64,000 nt of DNA from an uncultured Chloroflexia bacterium (GCA_963738685.1 CAVTXK010000002.1:1603815-1667814), one strand, 5' to 3'. Positions 1 through 9,377 are shown, numbered from the stretch's first letter. Numbers and translations are program-made. The notes: generated by a model from the sequence alone, not told the origin.

Positions 1-873
1 CGGTGGTTGAGTTTCAGGATCCCGAAGCCCTCGGCCGCGGTTCCGGTCAGGCGGATGACGTAATCGCCCGAGCCTTTGCGCGGCTCAGAGCCATTCCACT
101 TCGGGATCTTCTGGACCGGGTTGATCGTGACGGTCCAGCTGCCGGATGCGGTGATCTTGAAGGCGACGGAGTGGTCGCGCTCGTCGAACAGCACGCGGCC
201 CTTGTACCTGCCGATGTCGTTCACGAGCAGGTCGGTCTCGTCCCCGGACGCGTCGACGGCCCAAACGGCGAAGTTGCCCGATCCGGCGTGGGTCAGCGAC
301 GCCATCCCGATCGCGTCCTCGGGAATCTTGAATTTCATGATCTTGTCGCCTCGACCACTCTTCTTGATCGGTGCGAAATCCATCTGCGCCGTCGGGGCCG
401 GTGTCGGCTCGGGCATCGGTGTCGGTGCAGGTGTGGGTGTCGGGTCGGGCGTTGCGGTTGGGGCCGCCGTGGCCTCCGGGATCGGCGTCGGCGTGGGTGT
501 CGCGGTGATCGTTGGCGTGGGCGTGGCATCTGTGATGGCCACGGCAGGCGTTGTCGGCACCGCATCGGCGGTCTGTCCGGCCGGGGACGCAGGGCTCGCA
601 ATGGAGCCAACGAGGCCCAGGAGTACCAAGGCCGTGACGCCATGGACGGCCCAGCGTCCGCGCGGCCACCGGTTCTTCAGGGCTCCGTCGTACGCGCGCA
701 GACCACGACCGGCCACGACCCTGGCCTGTGTCGTCTTTGATGTTGTTGCTGCCGCCCCGGCAAGGGGCACGATCTCTGTGTCCGCCGGAACGTATTCCTG
801 GCCGCACCGACCACAGAAGCTGGCTTCCGGCACCCGGGGCAGGCCGCAGCGCGAGCAGTTGGACTGTGACAAG
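1..873 (-). CDS. membrane-anchored secreted protein: N-terminal double CxxC zinc ribbon, TM helix, Pro/Thr-rich linker, C-terminal beta-rich domain (3' end runs off the window)
   Basis: Own minus-strand translation. TTG at 873 follows a GAGGTG RBS. Then SQSNCSRCGLPRVPEASFCGRCGQEY, hydrophobic AVHGVTALVLLGLVGSIA, a (T/P)n linker, and MDFAPIKKSGRGDKIMKFKIPED... Absent from the ORF track because there is no stop inside the window. Confidence 0.55.
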
Positions 874-1031
874 GGAAGGTCACCTCAACGATCGATCTAT
901 TCGTGTAGTGGGAGAAGGGTGACGCCACGCACCATGCGGCGGTATTGGCGGGAAGTACCGTCCGGGCCTACGGCCGCTGAACTAGTCGTTGTTGAACCTG
1001 CCCCTCGGGCTCGACGCGGATCGCCCGCGAT

Positions 1032-1075
1032 CGTCATTCGGATTGCGTTGACGTCATTCCGAATCGCTGCCATGC
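1032..1075 (+). promoter_or_regulatory. candidate vapBC promoter/operator: direct repeat CGTCATTC x2 (1032-1039, 1052-1059) around a TTGACG -35-like hexamer
   Basis: Read directly. ATTCGGA/TCCGAAT inverted arms, 10-50 nt upstream of the vapB ATG. AbrB-type antitoxins usually autoregulate through such repeats. Confidence 0.3.
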
Positions 1076-1082
1076 TTTCTGA

Positions 1083-1325
1083 ATGCGGACCACCCAAGCA
1101 ACGGCTGAGGCGAAGCTTCGCGCTCGGAACCAGCTCACCCTGCCGGATCCCGTCGTCCAGGCTGCCGGGATCGTGGAGGGGGATCGATTCCTGGTCGAGA
1201 TCGACGCGGATGATCCGGACGTCGTCCGTCTGCATCGGATCCGAACCACCTACGCGGGGGCAATGGCCGGGATCTTCGGCGATCCGGTCGCGTACCTCGA
1301 CGAGGAACGCCGAAGCTGGGAGTGA
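1083..1325 (+). CDS. vapB: AbrB/SpoVT-fold antitoxin (VapB-like)
   Basis: 80 aa. QLTLPDPVVQAAGIVEGDRFLVE is a SpoVT-AbrB swapped-hairpin motif. The stop at 1323-1325 is 1 nt before the PIN gene start. Confidence 0.8.
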   Translation: MRTTQATAEAKLRARNQLTLPDPVVQAAGIVEGDRFLVEIDADDPDVVRLHRIRTTYAGAMAGIFGDPVAYLDEERRSWE

Positions 1326-1326
1326 C

Positions 1327-1794
1327 GTGACCTCGCTCACGCTGGATGAGGCGATTCCGCCCGGCGCGAGCCTCTTGATCGACACCTCTGTTGCGCTCGC
1401 TTACCTGGCCGGCAGCGAGCCTGTGAGTCCTGCCGCAACCCGACTGTTCGACGAGTTCCTAGCGAACGGCCGCGATCGAGGAGCGCTGTCGATGGTCACC
1501 GTCGGCGAGATCCTGGTCCGACCATTCAGGGCGAGCCAGGCGGCCGTCGCCATCGCCGAAGGATTCCTCCGCCATTTCGCGGACCTGGAGCTCGTGGCCG
1601 TCGACTATCGGATCGCTCGCGAGGCCGCCCATATCCGCGCCATGACCGAACTTCGCGTGCCGGACGCGCTGATCCTTGCCTCCGCTTCGGCGATCGGAGC
1701 AGACAGACTGGTGACCAACGATCGCAGCCTGGCGGCGGCCGCCGAGCGCTTCGGGCTCGGTTCTTGCCTCCTGGCCGATCTTCGCGGCCCGTAA
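1327..1794 (+). CDS. vapC: PIN-domain ribonuclease toxin (VapC-like)
   Basis: GTG at 1327 in the frame of track ORF 76..1794. LLIDTSVALAYL (first acidic residue), later VTNDRSL. Size about 155 aa and adjacent to vapB. Confidence 0.8.
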   Translation: MTSLTLDEAIPPGASLLIDTSVALAYLAGSEPVSPAATRLFDEFLANGRDRGALSMVTVGEILVRPFRASQAAVAIAEGFLRHFADLELVAVDYRIAREAAHIRAMTELRVPDALILASASAIGADRLVTNDRSLAAAAERFGLGSCLLADLRGP

Positions 1795-1864
1795 CGGCAC
1801 CCTGACACCCTGGACGTATGGTCGTTCGAAGGCCGATCACTGGCCAGCAGGGAGGAAGGATCCG

Positions 1865-2230
1865 ATGCGCTTGATCCAGGAGTTCGGATACTCGGTCAAG
1901 GTCGGCCAGGACGAGGCACACCAGCGCTGGCTGACGGAGAACGACGCCGCCCTGCGCGGGTCGATGCCCGCCGGCAACAGCTACATGGGCACGTTCGCGG
2001 TCGTCATCAGCACCGAGAAGCAGGCGGGCTCGTACAAGGCCCTCATCGGTCTGGACAGCTATGGGGCGATGGACGCCGGTGCCGCGGCGGCCAAGGACCC
2101 GAACAACGATTACGGTCGATTGCTCCGCGACCTCAGCCAGTTCTTCGACACGGACCTCGCCGCGCCGTGGAGCAGCGCGATCCTCAAGGACGTGCTCGAC
2201 GCGACCGTCTGGGATCCGAAGCAGGGCTGA
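1865..2230 (+). CDS. hypothetical small protein (possibly dimeric alpha/beta-barrel-like)
   Basis: 121-aa ORF with balanced composition, GGAGGAAGGA RBS upstream and a hairpin downstream. No motif recognised. Confidence 0.5.
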   Translation: MRLIQEFGYSVKVGQDEAHQRWLTENDAALRGSMPAGNSYMGTFAVVISTEKQAGSYKALIGLDSYGAMDAGAAAAKDPNNDYGRLLRDLSQFFDTDLAAPWSSAILKDVLDATVWDPKQG

Positions 2231-2262
2231 CGGCGGGGACCGGCCACCGCCCGACATGACAA

Positions 2263-2290
2263 GGCCCGGACCGGCGAACCGGTCCGGGCC
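2263..2290. terminator. bidirectional hairpin between convergent genes
   Basis: Perfect 12-bp stem GGCCCGGACCGG / CCGGTCCGGGCC with a CGAA loop. No U-tract (common in high-GC genomes). Confidence 0.5.
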
Positions 2291-2302
2291 CCGCCAGGCG
2301 GC

Positions 2303-3736
2303 CTACGCGGTGGCCATCGGCGCCTCGCCGGCACCGACCGGCGACTCCGCACGGCCGTCGTCCGATACGACGCTAGAGGCACGACTGCGACCCGGTAGTG
2401 CCAGAGCCGCCACTGCCCCGATCCCGACGACGACCGCTCCGAGCTGCATCGCCGGCACGAGCCCGTCGACAAAGGCGATCGGCGAGACATACGACCCGTT
2501 GGCCGTGAAGACAGCCGCCAGGACCGCCACCCCGAACACACCACCGAGTTCGCGGATCGCGTTGTTCGCGCCCGATGCCTTGCCCTCCTCCTCTGGCCGA
2601 ACGGCCGACAGGACGACGTTGGCGATTGGCGCGAAGAACAGGCCCATCCCGGCGCCGGCGATGACGAACGCGGGCACGAGCGCGAGGTACTCGACGGTCG
2701 GCGTGGTGACCGCCGCCAGCCAGGCGAGGCCGACGGCCTGCAGCGTCATGCCGAGGACCAGGAGCGGTCGAGTGCCGGTGCGGGTCGAGATGAGCCCGGC
2801 GATGGGCGCGACGATGACCGGCATGAACGTCCACGGGAGGGTCCGCAGGCCCGCTTCGAGCGGGCTGTAGCCCTGGACGACCTGGAAGAACTGGGCGAGC
2901 AGGAAGATCGAGCCGAACATCCCGAACGTCATCAGCATCGAGACGATGTTCGCGGCCGTGAACGCTCGCGAGCGGAACAGGCGGAGCGGGAGCATCGGGT
3001 TCGCGGTCCGGGCTTCCCACGCGACGAAACCGGCGATGAGCAGGGCGCCGCCGCCGAGCAAACCGATGATCTGTGGGTCGGTCCAGCCGCGTTCGTTGCC
3101 GTTGACCAGACCCAACACGACCGCGAGCAGGCCGGCGCTGACGAGACCGAGGCCCGGCAGGTCGAGGCGGCTCGGCGGTCCGTAGCTCTCCTCGAGACGG
3201 AAGATCGCTAGTGGGATCGCGATGAGGCCGATCGGGACGTTGACCCAGAAGATCCATTGCCAGTCGAGGCCCTGCGCGATCGCTCCGCCGACCAGCGGAC
3301 CGACGGCGATGGCCAGGCCGGCGATGCCACCCCAGGCGCCGAGTGCGACGGCCCGGCGTTCCGGTCTGACCGCGGCGGACAGGATGGTCAGGCTCAGGGG
3401 CGTCAGGATGGCGCCGCCGAGGCCCTGGATCGCGCGGGCGACGATGAGTTCGCTCGATGTGGACGACAGCGCGGCCGCCGCGGACCCGGCGGTGAAGATC
3501 GCCAGGCCGATGACGAAGAGCCGCTTGCGTCCGAACCGATCGCCGAGGGCTGCGCCGGTGAGCAACAGCACCGCGAAGGTGAGCGTGTAGGCGTTGACCA
3601 TCCATTCGAGCTCAGCGAGGGTGGCGTTGAAGTCGGCGCGGATGACCGGCAGGGCGGTCGTGACGACCAGGTTGTCGAGGGCCGCCATGAAGACGGCGAG
3701 GGCGGTGATGAGAAAGGTCCAGGCAGTTCGCGTCAT
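2303..3736 (-). CDS. MFS drug:H+ antiporter, DHA2 (EmrB/QacA, 14-TMS) family
   Basis: 477 aa. LDNLVVTTALPVI, GDRFGRKRLF (MFS motif A). About 14 hydrophobic segments. Confidence 0.9.
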   Translation of the reverse strand: MTRTAWTFLITALAVFMAALDNLVVTTALPVIRADFNATLAELEWMVNAYTLTFAVLLLTGAALGDRFGRKRLFVIGLAIFTAGSAAAALSSTSSELIVARAIQGLGGAILTPLSLTILSAAVRPERRAVALGAWGGIAGLAIAVGPLVGGAIAQGLDWQWIFWVNVPIGLIAIPLAIFRLEESYGPPSRLDLPGLGLVSAGLLAVVLGLVNGNERGWTDPQIIGLLGGGALLIAGFVAWEARTANPMLPLRLFRSRAFTAANIVSMLMTFGMFGSIFLLAQFFQVVQGYSPLEAGLRTLPWTFMPVIVAPIAGLISTRTGTRPLLVLGMTLQAVGLAWLAAVTTPTVEYLALVPAFVIAGAGMGLFFAPIANVVLSAVRPEEEGKASGANNAIRELGGVFGVAVLAAVFTANGSYVSPIAFVDGLVPAMQLGAVVVGIGAVAALALPGRSRASSVVSDDGRAESPVGAGEAPMATA

Positions 3737-3760
3737 GGGTGGGGCTCCTCAGGTGGGTGT

Positions 3761-3782
3761 ATTACTTAGCACTCACTTAGTT
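3761..3782. promoter_or_regulatory. TetR operator copy O1 (upstream of the MFS gene)
   Basis: ATTACTTAGCACTCACTTAGTT. Its reverse complement AACTAAGTGAGTGCTAAGTAAT matches 20/22 nt of the site at 4412-4433. An AT-rich island in GC-rich DNA. Confidence 0.55.
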
Positions 3783-3814
3783 ACGTACCGAAAAGGGGGT
3801 GGGCCGCGATCCAG

Positions 3815-4405
3815 TCAGTCGGTACCTCCCAGCTTGGCCAGGGTCCACGTCGACGGCTCGCCCTCGAGCTGGACGGCGGCACCGACATTCAGGAGCATGC
3901 CCTCGGCGAAGAAGTGATGGATATCGTGGTCGGGAGCGCCCGTCGTATCGGTAACGAACCGATGAAGCCGGCCGAACTCCTCACGCACCGCTGCCTGTAC
4001 GTCCGCGTCGCTGCAGGCGGCGTACGCCTGGAGCTGGAGCAGCAACAACGTGCGATCGGCGAGGAGCCGCTTGTAGGCCGCGCCCATGGCAGCGAGGGCG
4101 CTATCGCAGTGGCTCTCGCTCAGTTCGCCACGTCCATATCGGTCGGCCGCGTCCTCGAACGCGAGCCGCGTTCGTTCGAAACACCGGCGCACGACCGCGA
4201 TGAACAGGTTCTTCTTGGTCCCGAACAGCTGGAACACGTAGGGCTGCGACACGCCCGCCCGTCGAGCGATCGCATCCGTCGATGCCCCTGCCAGACCTTT
4301 CGCCGCGAACTCATCGATCCCGGCGGCGACGATCGAATCGCGCCGCTCGTCGGCCGACTGGCGCGGGGAGCGGGGATTCCGGTAGATCGCGGCGGCTTCG
4401 CTCAT
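3815..4405 (-). CDS. TetR/AcrR-family transcriptional regulator
   Basis: 196 aa. N-terminal HTH AAGIDEFAAKGLAGASTDAIARRAGVSQPYVFQLFGTKKNLF. Confidence 0.9.
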   Translation of the reverse strand: MSEAAAIYRNPRSPRQSADERRDSIVAAGIDEFAAKGLAGASTDAIARRAGVSQPYVFQLFGTKKNLFIAVVRRCFERTRLAFEDAADRYGRGELSESHCDSALAAMGAAYKRLLADRTLLLLQLQAYAACSDADVQAAVREEFGRLHRFVTDTTGAPDHDIHHFFAEGMLLNVGAAVQLEGEPSTWTLAKLGGTD

Positions 4406-4411
4406 GCGCAG

Positions 4412-4433
4412 AACTTAGTGACTGCTAAGTAAT
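4412..4433. promoter_or_regulatory. TetR operator copy O2 (immediately upstream of tetR)
   Basis: AACTTAGTGACTGCTAAGTAAT with palindromic half-sites ACTTAG-N6-CTAAGT, 7 nt upstream of the tetR start codon. Confidence 0.55.
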
Positions 4434-4477
4434 CTGTCAACCCCCGAAAACCATCGGCTGCACGGTCCAGTGCCCGC

Positions 4478-5818
4478 TCAGTAGCCGGCGGGCGGCACGG
4501 GCCAGGGCTTCTGGTACTCCACGCGGTCGTACTCCTCGTGCGCTGCAGTCAGTTGCCGGGACCATTTCCGGATGGTCGAGGTCGCGGCCCCGCAATCGGC
4601 GCCATCCAGCCTCGCGTTGAGCTTCTTCACGAAGTCGCGGCTGATACGCACGTGGCCGGCTTCGTGGTCGCGGATGAAGTCGACGACATCCCGCCACCAG
4701 TCGAGGAGCCGCACCGGCACCCGCTTGGGCGCGGTCCAGCGAGGGATGTGGATCGTGAACCGGGCTTTGACACTGGCTCGGGTGATCGTGCAGGTCCCGT
4801 TCGATGCGGTCCGCTCGCGGATGGCGTCCTCGGTATCGGGGAAGGCCGTTATGGCACACGCGGCCGGCCGATCATCGCCTTCGTGCCATTCGTAGTTGAT
4901 CTCGCCACATGCCTTGAGGCCACCACGGGCCATGCTCGCGAAGAGCTCCCCGACCGTATCGCCGCGGACGCCGAAGTAGAGGACCTTGGCACCGTCGACC
5001 GGAGCGCTGATCGCCGGCAGGTTGGCAAGGCCGCCGGCGGTGTTGGGCGGCTCTTCCGGGTCGGGCGACGGCTCGTTCACGACCGCGACCGCTTCCCGGC
5101 GTCCGGTGAGCTCGTACGACGCGGTCTGTTCCTCGCAGCCGGCGGCCGTGCCGATCGATGTCGGCGCAAGCCGCAACTCCAGCGAGCCCATCAGCTGGGT
5201 CGATTCCACCGCCGAGCCGGCGGGACGGGTGGTGGCCGCCCACAGGCGCATGGTCGAGCTGACGGTCGCGCCACCGTGGACTCGACCGCCGAAGTCATCG
5301 AGGCATGGCCCCTCATTCTCGGCCTGGGCCGCCGAGACGTAGCGATCCCCTGCGCGCGAGAGGACGACCACCGACACGGGCTCGGTCCGGCCCAGCGGCG
5401 TCATCGACACCTCGACCGTCGGGCACGGCTCGGTATCGCAACCGGGCGTCACGACGAATGCCTCGTCGTCGAAGGCCGCGTCGCCCGGGATCAGGGCCGA
5501 ACGATCATCGAGCGAGAGGACCTTTCGGACACGCCACTCGCCGGCGATCGGGACGGGCTCGGCCACGGGCGTGGCGGACCCGGTCGGCGCCGCGGATCCG
5601 GTCGGCGGGCCGGGTGTGGCGCGGATGCTCGAGGTCGGCCCCGGACTCGTGGTCCCGGCAGCGTTCCCGTCGGGTGGTGGACTGGCGGACGGGCCGGAGA
5701 GGCCCATGCAGCCTGTTACGACGATGAGGCTGAGGCCCGCGCCGATCCAGCGCGCCGTCCGGCTCGATCGCGCGGCGACGGTCCGCGGACCGAATGCGAA
5801 GCTCCCCCAGCGCGGCAT
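4478..5818 (-). CDS. lipoprotein with C-terminal DUF922-type HExxH putative Zn-protease domain
   Basis: 446 aa. Lipobox LIVVTGC. The C-terminal FIRDHEAGHVRISRDF matches the DUF922/COG5661 signature. Confidence 0.65.
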   Translation of the reverse strand: MPRWGSFAFGPRTVAARSSRTARWIGAGLSLIVVTGCMGLSGPSASPPPDGNAAGTTSPGPTSSIRATPGPPTGSAAPTGSATPVAEPVPIAGEWRVRKVLSLDDRSALIPGDAAFDDEAFVVTPGCDTEPCPTVEVSMTPLGRTEPVSVVVLSRAGDRYVSAAQAENEGPCLDDFGGRVHGGATVSSTMRLWAATTRPAGSAVESTQLMGSLELRLAPTSIGTAAGCEEQTASYELTGRREAVAVVNEPSPDPEEPPNTAGGLANLPAISAPVDGAKVLYFGVRGDTVGELFASMARGGLKACGEINYEWHEGDDRPAACAITAFPDTEDAIRERTASNGTCTITRASVKARFTIHIPRWTAPKRVPVRLLDWWRDVVDFIRDHEAGHVRISRDFVKKLNARLDGADCGAATSTIRKWSRQLTAAHEEYDRVEYQKPWPVPPAGY

Positions 5819-5953
5819 CGCCGCATCCTACCCCGGCACTCCTGCCCGGGCCATTAGGACCATGGGCGTAGACTTCGGGAGTCTCCCGACCCGCCCTCGA
5901 GTCGACGTCTCACTGCCCCCTCGGACGGGCCGAGCAAGTCAGGAGGAGCCGTC

Positions 5954-6352
5954 ATGCAGGCATTTCTCGTTGAGTTGGCCAACAAGCCGGGCGAGTTCGC
6001 GCGCGTCGCCGAGGCCATCGCCGCGAAGGGCGTGAATATCACCGCGGTGAGCGGCAGTACGTGTGGTGACTCGGGCCGCGCGGCGATCATGACGAGCGAC
6101 GTGACGATGACGCGCACGGCGCTCGGCGAGGCCAAGGCCAAGTACACCGAGGTCGAGGCGACCGATACGGCCATCCGCCACGAGCCGGGCTCGCTCGCGA
6201 AGGCATTGCGGCGCCTCGCCGAGGAGAACATCAACATCGAGGCGTTGATGCCGATCGGGATGGAAGGCAATGAGGTCCACGTCGCGTTCGTGACCAACGA
6301 CGCGGCCAAGGCCCGTGACGTCCTGTCCCACGCGGGGATGAAGTCCCGCTAG
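5954..6352 (+). CDS. tandem ACT-domain protein
   Basis: 132 aa. Two repeats of the ACT pattern (LANKPGEFARVAEAIAAKGVNI; HEPGSLAKALRRLAEENINIEAL). AGGAGG RBS. Confidence 0.75.
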   Translation: MQAFLVELANKPGEFARVAEAIAAKGVNITAVSGSTCGDSGRAAIMTSDVTMTRTALGEAKAKYTEVEATDTAIRHEPGSLAKALRRLAEENINIEALMPIGMEGNEVHVAFVTNDAAKARDVLSHAGMKSR

Positions 6353-6361
6353 GAACCTCGT

Positions 6362-7000
6362 TCAGCGTTCCCCGGCGAGGTACGCGTGCCATAGCAGGCG
6401 TGCGGCCACGGCTCGCCATGGCCGCCACGCCTCGGCGATGACCGACTGCTCCGAGCCGGTCGGTAGCGTTGTCATGCCCTTGGCGCGACGCATCGCCCCG
6501 GCCAGCGCCAGGTCGCCCGTCGGCCAGATGTCGGGACGGCCCAACGCCATCAGCAGGTAGATGTCCGCGGTCCATCGGCCGACTCCCAGCACGCTGGTGA
6601 GTCGCGCGCGGGCGTCATCGTCATCCGCCGCCGCGACGGCGTCGAGATCCAGCCGGCCATCGAGCACGTCGCCCGCCAGGCCGAGGAGATAGCGCGACTT
6701 CTGGCGCGTCAGGCCGGCGTCCCGCAGGGCCTGGTCGCCGGCCCGGACGATCGCGGCCGGTTCGATGGCGCCGGCGGCGCGCACCAGCCGTTGTCGAGCG
6801 GCCTCTGCCGAAGCCAGCGAGACCTGCTGTTCGAGGATGATCCGGACGAGCGTCTCGAAGCCGGGCTCGCGGGCCCACAGCGGTGGCGGTCCATGACGCT
6901 CGGCGATCCCGGCAAGGTCCGGGTCGATCGTGGCGAGTTCCCGGACGCCCTCGACGAGCAGGTCGTCGTCCAGCCGAGGCTGGGTCACCGGATCGGTCAT
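6362..7000 (-). CDS. HhH-GPD DNA glycosylase (AlkA-like 3-methyladenine glycosylase II)
   Basis: FETLVRIILEQQVSLASA, LTSVLGVGRWTADIYLL, WPTGDLAL. Start set at the ATG at 7000 (MTDPVTQ). The Arg-rich N-terminal extension of track ORF 6362..7345 looks non-coding. Confidence 0.7.
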   Translation of the reverse strand: MTDPVTQPRLDDDLLVEGVRELATIDPDLAGIAERHGPPPLWAREPGFETLVRIILEQQVSLASAEAARQRLVRAAGAIEPAAIVRAGDQALRDAGLTRQKSRYLLGLAGDVLDGRLDLDAVAAADDDDARARLTSVLGVGRWTADIYLLMALGRPDIWPTGDLALAGAMRRAKGMTTLPTGSEQSVIAEAWRPWRAVAARLLWHAYLAGER

Positions 7001-7331
7001 CGATGCACGGTAGCGGGCCGGGGCCCGTGCGGGCACGCTCGACGTCAGGACGTGCTTGGTAGACGGCAGAAGTTCCCCGGAGGCGCCGAAGGCGGCCGCA
7101 TCGAGCGCCATAGACGTCGATCCGTGCTTGGCAAGCACATCCTGGTGAGCGGGACCGGCTGCAGCAGGCCCGCAGACGCATCCGACCCGATCGTGCCGAC
7201 TGGGAAGCACATTGCGCGATCGAACCGGACGAAGTGGCCGGCCGCGTGCCAGCGGACCGGCCGCCACTCGGCCGGCCGCTCGCCACGGGACCCGCGCCAC
7301 TCGGCCCGCCGCCAGCCGCGGAACGGCCCGC

Positions 7332-8015
7332 TCAATGGGCCGCAAGCGGATCGGTGAGTTCCGTCAGGGTCTCCACAACGGCCGCGGCCCCCGCCGCGCG
7401 CAGCCCTGCCTCGTCGACCGCGGCCCCGGCGGTCACCCCGATCGGGATCATCCCGGCGGCCACGGCCGCGACCATGTCCCAGGTCGCATCGCCGATGTAC
7501 CAGCACCGAGCCGGCTCGACACCGACCTGCGAGGCCGCCAGGAGCAGCAGGTCCGGCTCCGGCTTGGCGTGCTTGACGTTGCTCGCGTCGACGATCCTCG
7601 GTTCCTCGTCCAGCCCGAGGGCCGCGACGGACGTGGCGACCTGGGCCTTCCGGCTCGATGTGGCGATCGCCCACGGCAGCCGGCGCGCCTCGATCGCCCG
7701 GACGAGCTCGCGGACACCGGGGAGTGGGCGAGGGGACTGGTTCAGCCGCTCGTAGACCTCGCCCGACCGCTGGTCGATCGACTCGGCGCGACCATCGTCG
7801 AGCGAGACTCCGGCGAGCGCGGCGATCTCGCGCGCGAGCCGCTTGCCATCGACGCCGATGAGCGGCGCCAATCGATCGCGAGTCGTCGGGAACCCGGCCT
7901 CCTCGAGCGCCACGAGCCACGCATCGATCCGCGTCCCGACGGTGTCGACAAGCGTCCCATCGAGATCGAACAGCACGGCACCCGGGGGCGGCAGTCGGTC
8001 GAGATCGGCGGGCAT
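7332..8015 (-). CDS. HAD-superfamily hydrolase (phosphoglycolate phosphatase-like)
   Basis: 227 aa. Motif I LFDLDGTLVDT, motif II ATSS, KPEPD, motif IV GDATWD. Confidence 0.85.
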   Translation of the reverse strand: MPADLDRLPPPGAVLFDLDGTLVDTVGTRIDAWLVALEEAGFPTTRDRLAPLIGVDGKRLAREIAALAGVSLDDGRAESIDQRSGEVYERLNQSPRPLPGVRELVRAIEARRLPWAIATSSRKAQVATSVAALGLDEEPRIVDASNVKHAKPEPDLLLLAASQVGVEPARCWYIGDATWDMVAAVAAGMIPIGVTAGAAVDEAGLRAAGAAAVVETLTELTDPLAAH

Positions 8016-8046
8016 CGGCCTACGGTAGCCGCTCTCGGTCGGGCGC

Positions 8047-9312
8047 TCAGGCCGGCCTCGGCGTCCGGGGCCCGAATCGGAACGCCGACCACAACCCGAC
8101 GCTGAGCACCCCGATCCCGACGACCCCGATCACCACCCCGGCCGAGACCCGATCCGCGACGGGTCCGGCGATCAACGTCGGCACGAGGCTGGCCGCGCTG
8201 ACGATCGAGGCGAGCACGCCGAAGACCCGACCGCGCACCTCGGATGGCATCGATTCGAGGAGCGCGGTCTGGGCCGACACCGACACGACCCCGTAGGCCG
8301 CGCCCGCGCAGACCGCCACGGCGACGACGAGCGGCACGACCGAGAGACCGACGCCCGCCAGCAGGCCGCCGAAATAGCCCGCCAGGGCCAGCGACGCCGC
8401 CAGCAGTCCCAACACGATCTGGCCGCCCTCCGCGGCCCGCCGCCGCGATAGCGCGCCGCCGAACCGCCGCAGGCCCAGCACCCCGATCACGACGCCCACG
8501 CCGAGCGGTACCACGATGACGGCGAGTTGGGTCGGCTCCAATCCGACGGTTGCGGCGAGTCCCGGCCCGAGCACGCCTAGCACGCCGGCCACGGACGCAA
8601 CGGCCGCCTGGTGGACGATCGGTCGGCTCACCTCGCGATCCCCGCGGATGACCCGCAGGCCCTCGCGCAGCTCCTGGATCGGCCGAAGGATGGCCTCGCG
8701 TCCGGACTCCGCCTCGGGCCCGCGCACCGGTGGTGCGCTCGGCAGGCCGATGCAGGCGATGGTCGCCGCGATGTACAAGGTGGTGACGACGCCCAGCACC
8801 GCGGATGGCCCGGCGATCGTCACGAGCAACGGGCCCAGGAACGCGAACCCGAGCGCGAAGGAGGCCTGGAGCGTCAGGTTGAAGACGCTCATCGCCGTCT
8901 GGAGCTGGGCGCGCGGTACGACCCGCGGGATCATCGAACCCTCCGCGGGGGTCAACAGGACGCTCGAGAAGCTGATTCCGAGGTTGAGCGCGAGGAGCAG
9001 CGGGATGTTCGCGCCGGCCATGGCCAACCCGGCCGTCATGATCGAGCGGGCGACGTTCGGTCCGATGAGCGCCCAGCGCAGGTCCAGCCGATCGACGATG
9101 ACCCCGGCGAACGGCGATAACACGATCTGGGGCAGGACGAACGAGGCGACGAGCGCCCCCACGGCGCTGTTCGAGCGCGTCGCGTCGAACACGAGGACCG
9201 TCAGCGCGTACAGCGCCATGTTGCCGCCGACCTGGTTCGCGGCCTGGATGAACCACAGTCGCGCGAACGTGGGATCGCGCAGGATCGACCGCGTCGCCGA
9301 GGTCTCCGTCAT
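8047..9312 (-). CDS. MFS transporter (EntS/MFS_3-like, 12 TMS)
   Basis: Start at the ATG at 9312 (MTETSATRSILRDPTFARLWFIQAANQVG). The upstream 61 codons of the track ORF are Arg-rich. Confidence 0.8.
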   Translation of the reverse strand: MTETSATRSILRDPTFARLWFIQAANQVGGNMALYALTVLVFDATRSNSAVGALVASFVLPQIVLSPFAGVIVDRLDLRWALIGPNVARSIMTAGLAMAGANIPLLLALNLGISFSSVLLTPAEGSMIPRVVPRAQLQTAMSVFNLTLQASFALGFAFLGPLLVTIAGPSAVLGVVTTLYIAATIACIGLPSAPPVRGPEAESGREAILRPIQELREGLRVIRGDREVSRPIVHQAAVASVAGVLGVLGPGLAATVGLEPTQLAVIVVPLGVGVVIGVLGLRRFGGALSRRRAAEGGQIVLGLLAASLALAGYFGGLLAGVGLSVVPLVVAVAVCAGAAYGVVSVSAQTALLESMPSEVRGRVFGVLASIVSAASLVPTLIAGPVADRVSAGVVIGVVGIGVLSVGLWSAFRFGPRTPRPA

Positions 9313-9377
9313 CCCGCGAACCTTACCGAGTCGGCAGTCCGTCTCGCGGGTCCCAGCGACCGTCGCGCTATCACGCT

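Noticed and set aside
76-1794. 572-aa plus-strand ORF spanning the first 1.8 kb
   Set aside because: Only its last ~155 codons (from the GTG at 1327) look like a protein (PIN/VapC). The rest runs antisense to the secreted-protein gene and through the vapB region in another frame.
7742-9256. 504-aa minus-strand ORF, and similar very long alternate-frame or antisense ORFs (14276..15853, 21108..23306, 35665..37623, 37689..39767, 56935..58563, 9309..10682)
   Set aside because: They overlap genes with unmistakable family motifs (MFS, GH18, GH39, dnaG, rpoD, mutase). Their products are Arg/Pro/Gly/Asp-rich low-complexity strings typical of stop-poor frames in very GC-rich DNA.
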